From an uncultured delta proteobacterium (GTDB lineage Bacteria; Myxococcota; UBA727; VGSZ01): 64,000 bases of DNA. The position numbers and the translations under genes are program-made. Positions 57,399 to 64,000 of this stretch are shown piece after piece (the stretch's first letter is position 1; every line of letters begins with the position of its first letter). Below the pieces are notes generated by a model that searched no databases, had not been told where the DNA came from, and worked only from the letters and a program-made list of their open reading frames with translations. The stretch covers positions 96,001 to 160,000 of the forward strand of contig CAVZJB010000017.1 of the NCBI GenBank assembly GCA_963775425.1, in the 5' to 3' direction.

Positions 57399-57650
57399 TC
57401 AGTGTGAGGACCCGTTCAGCATCGCGAACACTTCGCCGTGTCGCGCGCCGCTCCTCGCGTGCGGCACATCGAGCCGCGCCTTCGCATCCAACAACGCGCC
57501 CATTGCGTCGACGTTGCCGCGCACCGCGGCCAGCGACAGCGGCGTCATGCCGGTGGCGTCGTGGGCGTTGACGTCGCCGCCCGCCTTGATCCACGTGCGC
57601 AGCGCGTTGACGTCGCCGCCCTTGATGGCGTTCATCGCGCCGTCGACGGC
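57399..57650 (-). pseudogene. Ankyrin-repeat fragment
   Basis: AIKGGDVNALRTWIKAGGDVNAHDATGMTPLSLAAVRGNVDAMGALLDAKA. Confidence 0.65.
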
Positions 57651-58017
57651 AGGGCGGCGGCCCGCGATGAGGAGGCCGAGCGCGCAAAGCACCCCGCCGG
57701 CACGACGCTCATGATGCCACACCGTCATCGCCATGGGCACGGCATGCGTGCGGGTGTCAGATCACCTTCGCCGGCGGCGACGCGTCCCACCACCGTGTCG
57801 AAGCCTCAGCGCCTCGAGGGCCTCGGCGTCGCTGGAGAGATCGCCTGCGAGGCCGAGCGCGGCGCAGGCGACGACTCCAGGCGCCTTCGGCTAACACGCG
57901 CGCCGACGAGCACCTGCGATCCCCGTCACCGGACGGACAACCGCCGGATGATCCGCTGCGTCGATGAATCGCACCGCCCACTCGCACGTACCAAGACGCT
58001 CACCAAGCGAGGGACCG

Positions 58018-59457
58018 ATGCGCTCTTCGACCGCGATCTTGTGGACGTTGCTCTTCCTCTCCGCCGCCGCCTGCGGCACCGCCGACGACGCAGGCCGCCG
58101 GCACGATCGCCGCGACGATCCGGGCGAAGGGGAAGGCGAGGGCGAGGGCGAGGGTGAAGGCGAAGGCGAGGGTGAAGGCGAAGGCGAAGGCGAGCACCCG
58201 CCCGCCGGGTGGACCTGCCCCGCGCAGTACTACTTCGACAGCTCGTGCGACTGCGGGTGCGGCCTGCGCGACCCCGGCTGCCCGTCGACGAGCGCCCCCG
58301 GCGATACGAGCTCGTGCCGGTACATCAACTGCCGCTCGCCGACGGACTCCTTCGACAACCCGGACCCCGGCCCGTACGAGTACCCCGACCCGCACGACAG
58401 CACGCGCTGCATCCGCGCGTCCGCCATCGCGACGCCGCCGGGAGACCTGCTGCGCGACGGCGGGGGCGGCTTCTCCGCGACGCGCACGCCCCAGGGCGGG
58501 CTCGCGTTCACCTGGGTCGACCGCGATCTCCCCGGCGACCCGATCGTGGTCACCGACGCCGAGACGGACGGCGCCACCACGACCCTCCTGCCCGGCATCA
58601 TCAGCGAGAGCAGCGGCGTGGTCTACGTCGACGACGAGGCCCACGCGCTGTCGATCTACGACGGCGACCTCGCCCTGTTCTCGTCGCTGACGCCCGACGC
58701 CACCCGGACCTCGCTGCTGCCGGACATGTTCACGGGCTTCTCCATGCTCGGCAAAGACGGCGCCATCTGGATCCCCGGCCCCGTGCGCGCCGACGGCGCC
58801 ACCACCAACGACGGCGCGCCCACGTTCCTCTTGCGCTTCGACCCCACGAGCGGCACCGAGCTGTCACGCCTCGAGATGCCCGGCTCGAGCGCGTTCGACT
58901 TCAACATCTCGTACGAGAGCATCCACCCCGGCATCGTCGCGCGCGGCGACGAGGTCTACGTCGTCGACCGCGACGACGCCGGCGCCATCTTCGCCTGGCG
59001 CGTCGTCGACGGCGCCGTGGACGCGACGCTCTCCCTCGGCGACAACACCGACCCGTACGATCACTTCACGGCCGTGGACGCTGGCGACGACGTCTTCGTC
59101 GCGTTCCCGTCGAGCGACGTGCACGACATCGAGCTCGCCACCATCGACGACGGTGGGAACGTCACCCGCGAGCGGGTGCCGCTCGGCCTCACCGCGGACT
59201 TCGGCCGCCAGCCCTGCTTCAACGTCGCGGTGGTCGCGCGTTCGGGCAGCGACGTCGACGTCGTGTGCGCCGCTTCGGGCTTCTTCGAGCAGCGAGGCCT
59301 GCGCGTGGCGCGCCGCCGCGGCGGAACATGGGACACGCGCCTGGTGTCCTCGCGCAACATCGGCAAGGTGATCGCCTTCGCCGCCGGCGACGACCTCGAC
59401 GTCGTCCTCAGCGACGACGACGCGGGGATTCGCCGCGTGACGCTGCCGGCGCCTTGA
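58018..59457 (+). CDS. Lipoprotein with (GE)12 linker, Cys-rich module and beta-propeller-like domain
   Basis: Lipobox AAAC; WTC...CDCGCG..DPGC; beta-rich C-terminal region. Confidence 0.8.
   Translation: MRSSTAILWTLLFLSAAACGTADDAGRRHDRRDDPGEGEGEGEGEGEGEGEGEGEGEGEHPPAGWTCPAQYYFDSSCDCGCGLRDPGCPSTSAPGDTSSCRYINCRSPTDSFDNPDPGPYEYPDPHDSTRCIRASAIATPPGDLLRDGGGGFSATRTPQGGLAFTWVDRDLPGDPIVVTDAETDGATTTLLPGIISESSGVVYVDDEAHALSIYDGDLALFSSLTPDATRTSLLPDMFTGFSMLGKDGAIWIPGPVRADGATTNDGAPTFLLRFDPTSGTELSRLEMPGSSAFDFNISYESIHPGIVARGDEVYVVDRDDAGAIFAWRVVDGAVDATLSLGDNTDPYDHFTAVDAGDDVFVAFPSSDVHDIELATIDDGGNVTRERVPLGLTADFGRQPCFNVAVVARSGSDVDVVCAASGFFEQRGLRVARRRGGTWDTRLVSSRNIGKVIAFAAGDDLDVVLSDDDAGIRRVTLPAP
58123..58194 (+). 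repeat. Coding (Gly-Glu)12 repeat
   Basis: GGNGAR x12 with synonymous variation. Confidence 0.95.
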
Positions 59458-59518
59458 GGGGCGCGCCTCGAGCCCGCAGCGGTCGACGCGGGGCGACGTT
59501 TCGCGTTAACCCGGCCGC

Positions 59519-61801
59519 ATGCGCGCCTCATCGAAACGTCGTCTTGGCCTCCGCGCCGCCGCCGGCATCGCCGCCCTGCTCGCCGCCCCTGCCCTCGCCG
59601 GCGCTCCCCGCGTCCCCGCCGAGCTCGTCGGCGAGTGGATGCGCGCCGAAGCCGCGAAGGCGCTGCTCTCGCGCGGCGCGCTCGACGACCGCGATCTCGA
59701 CAGCCTGCGCATCACCTCGTCGAAGCTGTCGCTCCAGGAGAGCGGCGATCGCGCGGCGCGGCTGCTGCGGCCCACGTCCGTCGACGCCGCCGCGAAGACC
59801 ATCGGCGTCGACGGGGACACGTGGACCTGGGACGCCGCGCACCGGCTCCACCACGGGAGCGACGTCTGGGTGCGCATCGACGACGCGCTGCCCGCCGCCG
59901 TCGGCTTGTCCGCCGCCGACGTCGTCCTCGCGGCGGCGCTGTCCGACGGCTTCCTCGACGGCAAGCAGCCGCTCGTCACCGCGCCGGCGTGGGAGCGGAA
60001 CGGCAAAGGCCGCGCCTGGTTCGGCGCGGCGCAGGCCCGCGACCTCGTCGTGGACGGACACGCGCGCACGGTGACGTTCGGCGACGAGGCGTACCACGTG
60101 CACCTCGAGCGCCAGGGCGTCGCGTTGAAGCCCATCGCGAAGGGCGCCGCGCGCACGCTCACCCGCATGAAGGACCCACCCTTTCGCGTGCTGGCCGACG
60201 CGCTCCTCCTGCGCGCGGCCCCCGACGGCGCGGCGCCGGTCGTCGCCACGCTCTTCTTCGGCGCGACGGTGCGCGTGTGGGGCGCCGCCGCCGAGGACAA
60301 ACAGGAGGGCCACTTGCACGGGCGCTGGTACCTGGTGCAACGGCAGGGGAAGCTCGGGTGGGCGTTCGGCCCGTTCCTCGCTCGACAGGTCCCGCCCTTC
60401 ACCGCCGGCAAAGCCGGGCGCGCCTCGACGTTGCTGGCGCCGCCCGACGAGCCCCTGCAACTCTTTGCCGGCGCGAGCCCCGACGACCCGGACGAGCTCG
60501 GCTGCTTCGCCGCCCGCCTCGACGTCGACGAGCCCGAATTCGTCGGACCCGATCCATGGGACGCGTCCGAGGTGCGCGACGTCTACATCGAGCGAATGGA
60601 CTTCAACAAGGACGACGTCCTTGATCCCGTGTGCCTCGCCCGTCGACGCGCGGACGTGCAGGTGTGTCCCATCATGAGCAGCAGAGGCGAGGAAGGGTTC
60701 GTCGCGCTCCCGTGCGTGACCTGGACGGGCAAAGGCCTGCCCGCCCTGTCCGCATCCGACGTCAACGGCGACGGCTTCTCCGATCTCTCGGTGAAGGGCG
60801 GCGACGTCACGACGACCTTCCCCTTCCGCCCCGAGCTCGGCGACTTCGTGACGGAGGCAGAGGCGAACAAGCCCGTGAAGCTCGACGACGTCCTCGCCCG
60901 CGTGAAGCTCGCGGACAAGATCAAGAAGAACGACAAAGGTGAGATCGTGCGCATCGCCCTCGGGGGAGCGGGCATCCAGATCCACCGCTTGCCCGCCGAC
61001 CTCTTCGACGTCGCGTCGCTGCGCTCGCTGTGGGTGCCGAACGGCGAGCTGCGCGACTTGCCGAAGGCAATCGGGAAGCTCAAGAACCTCCGCGAGCTCG
61101 TCCTCGATCACAACCGCCTCGAGCGGCTGCCGGACACCATCGGCGAGCTGCACGAGCTCCGGTCGCTCGATGTGTCCAACAACGCGCTCTCCGCCCTGCC
61201 CGCGTCGACGGCGAGCCTCGCGCACCTCGACAAGCTCAATCTCAGCGCCAACCACTTCGCCACGCTGCCCGCCGTGGTCCCGAAGCTCGCGGCGCTGACG
61301 AGGCTGCGCATGAGCGACAACCAGCTCCGGGAGCTGCCGCGCGAGCTCGCCGGCGTCGACGGGCTCCGCGAGGTCGACCTCAGCCGGAACCCGCTCGGCA
61401 GGGTCCCGGGTGTCTTGTGCCAGCTCGACGCGCTCGATCGGCTCACCCTCGATGAGACCGGCCTGTCCGCGGTGCCTGCCTGCCTGTTCGACACCGAGGT
61501 CACGGATCTGTCCCTCGCGCGAAACCCGCTCACCGCGCTGCCCGCCGTTCCGTCGGGGCACGGGCTCCGGCGGCTCGACCTCAGCCACGACCGGTTCACG
61601 CAGTTGCCATCGTCGGTGCTCGCGCTGCCGAAGCTCGTCGGGCTCTACTTCACGGACAACCCGCTCGAGGAGCTGCCGGCGGCGCTCGCCGCGTCGACGA
61701 CGATCACGGATCTCGTTCGCTACAGTTGCTCGAAGAAGAAAGGCGAGGCGCTCAAGGACGCGGTCGAGCGCTGCACCAGGAAGCGCTACCGCTGGAAGTA
61801 G
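59519..61801 (+). CDS. Secreted protein with SH3b-like domain, DxNxDG motifs and C-terminal leucine-rich repeats
   Basis: Signal peptide ending APALA; LLLRAAP...WYLV...GWAFGPFL; ~11 LxxLxLxxNxLxxLP-type repeats. Confidence 0.85.
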   Translation: MRASSKRRLGLRAAAGIAALLAAPALAGAPRVPAELVGEWMRAEAAKALLSRGALDDRDLDSLRITSSKLSLQESGDRAARLLRPTSVDAAAKTIGVDGDTWTWDAAHRLHHGSDVWVRIDDALPAAVGLSAADVVLAAALSDGFLDGKQPLVTAPAWERNGKGRAWFGAAQARDLVVDGHARTVTFGDEAYHVHLERQGVALKPIAKGAARTLTRMKDPPFRVLADALLLRAAPDGAAPVVATLFFGATVRVWGAAAEDKQEGHLHGRWYLVQRQGKLGWAFGPFLARQVPPFTAGKAGRASTLLAPPDEPLQLFAGASPDDPDELGCFAARLDVDEPEFVGPDPWDASEVRDVYIERMDFNKDDVLDPVCLARRRADVQVCPIMSSRGEEGFVALPCVTWTGKGLPALSASDVNGDGFSDLSVKGGDVTTTFPFRPELGDFVTEAEANKPVKLDDVLARVKLADKIKKNDKGEIVRIALGGAGIQIHRLPADLFDVASLRSLWVPNGELRDLPKAIGKLKNLRELVLDHNRLERLPDTIGELHELRSLDVSNNALSALPASTASLAHLDKLNLSANHFATLPAVVPKLAALTRLRMSDNQLRELPRELAGVDGLREVDLSRNPLGRVPGVLCQLDALDRLTLDETGLSAVPACLFDTEVTDLSLARNPLTALPAVPSGHGLRRLDLSHDRFTQLPSSVLALPKLVGLYFTDNPLEELPAALAASTTITDLVRYSCSKKKGEALKDAVERCTRKRYRWK

Positions 61802-61820
61802 CTCGCCTCGCGGGCATCCA

Positions 61821-62135
61821 TCACAGCCGCGCGGCCACCCAGCGCTGGACGAGCTTGAGGTCCTCCGCTTCGATGCGGACGAATTTCACGCCCATGCCGG
61901 CGCCGTCGTCGAAGCGGTGATGGAAGCGCGCCTCGGCCACGCCGTTGATGTTGCTGCCGTCGAGGATGAGCGTGAACGCGAAGCTGCGACCGACGGGGAG
62001 CGTGGCGCCCAGGAAGAAGAAGCCGCCGAGCGAGAGATCACGCGCGGTGCCGCGCATGATGCCGCGCGGTCCCGCCAGGGTGACGGCGGCGCCGCAGGGG
62101 ACGCGCGCGTTGCGACGGCTCTCGGGCTTGCCCAT
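61821..62135 (-). CDS. Stand-alone PilZ-domain protein
   Basis: RRNAR (RxxxR), DLSLGG (DxSxxG), GMGVKF. Confidence 0.9.
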   Translation of the reverse strand: MGKPESRRNARVPCGAAVTLAGPRGIMRGTARDLSLGGFFFLGATLPVGRSFAFTLILDGSNINGVAEARFHHRFDDGAGMGVKFVRIEAEDLKLVQRWVAARL

Positions 62136-62296
62136 GCGCCATGATCGGCCGCATGGGCGCGCGCCACAACCCGCCCCGTGCGATCTGCGCGCTCTCCGTC
62201 TCCCGTCCCCTCGAGGCTCGCCGCCCCGTCGACGCGCGCGGACACGGGATCTGTCCCGCCGCCACATCGCTTGCGCCCGTCCGCTACACTCGAGCC

Positions 62297-62974
62297 ATGA
62301 CGGATCTCGCGCTCTCCCCGCCGCTGCCCCGTCCCTCCCGCCTCGCCGTCGCACTGTCGTGCACCGTGCTGACCGCGTTCGCGGGCGACATCATGATCGC
62401 GGACGGCGGCGTGCCCCATCGGCTCGCGCCGGAGAGCCGGGGAGGCGCCGTCGTCGACGTCGAGGCCGAGATGACCCGCGTGGGCGCCTACGAGCCCGGG
62501 AGCGACGGCATCCGGAGCTTCCAGGTGCCGGAGGACGACGCCGCCCACGCCTTCCGCGCGGCGCCCGCGGATCGCCGCGGGCTCTACGACCCGAACAACG
62601 GCCTGAGCTACTTCCTCGAGGATCCGTGGGCGCCTTTCCCCGGACCGGGCGGCGCGTTGCGCGTCGACCTCCGCGGGCCCGACGGCGCCGCGTCGTCGAC
62701 GTACCTCGTGAACGGCGACCTCTTCGTCGACTCCCACCGCGCGCTCGCCTTCCACGTCGTCACCGGTCGCGCGGCGCCCACGCTCATCCTGGTGCGGGGC
62801 AACATCCACATCGCCGACGACATCGACGCCGACGGCCCGCTCGAGCTGCGCGCCGTGCGGCGCGCGGACGGCACCGGTGGAGACATCTTCCTCGGTGACC
62901 CGCGCTTCGGCACGCTCTCCCGGGTGGACGTGCTGCTCGCCGCCGACGGACGCATCGTGCACGGGCCGCAGTAA
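62297..62974 (+). CDS. Hypothetical exported protein
   Basis: Hydrophobic N-terminal segment; beta-helix-like YLVNGDL and LVRGNIHI motifs. Confidence 0.55.
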   Translation: MTDLALSPPLPRPSRLAVALSCTVLTAFAGDIMIADGGVPHRLAPESRGGAVVDVEAEMTRVGAYEPGSDGIRSFQVPEDDAAHAFRAAPADRRGLYDPNNGLSYFLEDPWAPFPGPGGALRVDLRGPDGAASSTYLVNGDLFVDSHRALAFHVVTGRAAPTLILVRGNIHIADDIDADGPLELRAVRRADGTGGDIFLGDPRFGTLSRVDVLLAADGRIVHGPQ

Positions 62975-63058
62975 CGCCCAGACGCCCAGACGCCCAGACG
63001 CCCAGACGCCCAGACGCCCAGACGCCCAGACGCCCAGGGACCCGGGACCCGGGACCCG
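62974..63058. repeat. Tandem repeats (ACGCCCAG)8 followed by (GGACCCG)3
   Basis: Read directly: 62974-63037 and 63038-63058, between convergent genes. Confidence 0.95.
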
Positions 63059-63074
63059 CGAAGCTCGCCGCGCG

Positions 63075-63551
63075 TCAGCGCAGGAGCGGCTCGACCGTGG
63101 GCCACAGGGCGACGGCGCGCCCCGCGCCGCTCACCGTCGACGACGCGCCCGCGCGCATCTTGTCCGCGACCTCGACGAGCGCGGGCTCTTCGCGGCGCTG
63201 GCGCTCGTGGAGCGCCTGCTCCGAGGCGCCGGCGAGCCCCGTGGCGACGCGCGCCGCGAGCCGCGCGGCCACGGCGGCGTCGAGCGGGCCGCCGGCGAGG
63301 AGCGGCGCCGCCGCCGACGCCAGCGCGCAGGCGACGACGACGGCGTCGGCGGCGGGCGGCTCCTCGCCCGGCAGCGACACCAGCCGCGCGCTCTCCGCCC
63401 ACACGGCCTTGACCGCGGCGCGCCACGCATCGTCGTCGTCGCTCGCGCCGAGGGCTGCGAGCGCGGCGTCCATGCGCGCCCCGCACGTCTCGAGGAGCGC
63501 GCGCAACGCTCCGCGATCGCCGCGCCGCATGGCGCCGAACGCGTCGCTCAT
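63075..63551 (-). CDS. Hypothetical Ala-rich protein
   Basis: ATGA overlap with the upstream gene. Confidence 0.5.
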   Translation of the reverse strand: MSDAFGAMRRGDRGALRALLETCGARMDAALAALGASDDDDAWRAAVKAVWAESARLVSLPGEEPPAADAVVVACALASAAAPLLAGGPLDAAVAARLAARVATGLAGASEQALHERQRREEPALVEVADKMRAGASSTVSGAGRAVALWPTVEPLLR

Positions 63552-64000
63552 GCGCGCGCCGTCTCGTCGAGGACGCGCTCGAGCGCCGCGTGGATCCCCG
63601 CGCTCGCGAAGAACTCCATGGCCGCCGTGGAGACCCACGTGTGCACCGAGGCCTCAATCTCCTTGGTGTCGCGGCCGGACTCGATGAGCTCGCTGAGGCC
63701 CACGGAGAAGCGAACCATCTCGTTGCAGAACGTCTTGCGCGCGGCGTCGATGGTCTGCTTCTCGACGTCGGTGAGTCCCGGAATGGACTCGTAGCTCCAA
63801 AGCGGCGACTCGAACGCGAAGCCGTTCTTGCTGCCGGCCCCCGCCGTGCACATCGCGAAGATGTCGTCGAACGACATCTCGGCCCGCTGCTCGAACGCCT
63901 GATGCTCGGGCGTGAGCGTGTGCCAGTAGGCCCGCGTGTCCGCTTCGAGCTCCTTGGAGATGCCGGGCTCGCCGGCGTTCCAGCCCTCCCACGGCGGCGT
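63548..64000 (-). CDS. Hypothetical protein, 5' end outside window
   Basis: Frame open to the window edge; GC3-rich codons. Confidence 0.6.
   Translation of the reverse strand, partial: TPPWEGWNAGEPGISKELEADTRAYWHTLTPEHQAFEQRAEMSFDDIFAMCTAGAGSKNGFAFESPLWSYESIPGLTDVEKQTIDAARKTFCNEMVRFSVGLSELIESGRDTKEIEASVHTWVSTAAMEFFASAGIHAALERVLDETARA

Noticed and set aside
62974-63058. Possible CRISPR array
   Set aside because: Contiguous short repeats without spacers; no cas genes in the window

Overview
Very GC-rich bacterial DNA. Several MYXO-CTERM-type sorting tails and myxobacteria-like gene families point to Myxococcota or a related deltaproteobacterium (inference). Layout: (1) 1.1-24.1 kb, two tandem paralogous ~3,800-aa cadherin/Ig-repeat surface proteins. 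(2) 24.1-28.8 kb, an RluE-like pseudouridine synthase, then a His-rich two-component/Spy-like operon divergent from two Hsp20 genes. (3) 29.5-34.6 kb, a surface S8 protease divergent from two HmuY-like lipoproteins and an HExxH metalloprotease. (4) 35.6-38.4 kb, the top finding: a PlpX-type ('splicease') radical SAM/SPASM gene directly downstream of a 463-aa protein carrying three repeated R-P-[M/L]-Y-G-L motifs. This is a candidate multi-site backbone-spliced (beta-amino/alpha-ketoamide) protein system with no Nif11 leader or RRE gene in view. (5) 38.4-44.6 kb, MlaD with an inserted domain, a permease, a mini-ORF with unusually long anti-16S complementarity, sspB and tmRNA. (6) 44.6-51.5 kb, an integrase-less island at the tmRNA 3' end carrying an HsdR remnant, a PIN-type TA pair, ISL3 and a convergent hicB/hicA pair. 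(7) 51.6-64 kb, TetR/SDR, a zone of gene fragments, lipoproteins, an SH3-LRR protein and PilZ. Family assignments come from motif recognition and recall; no database searches were run.
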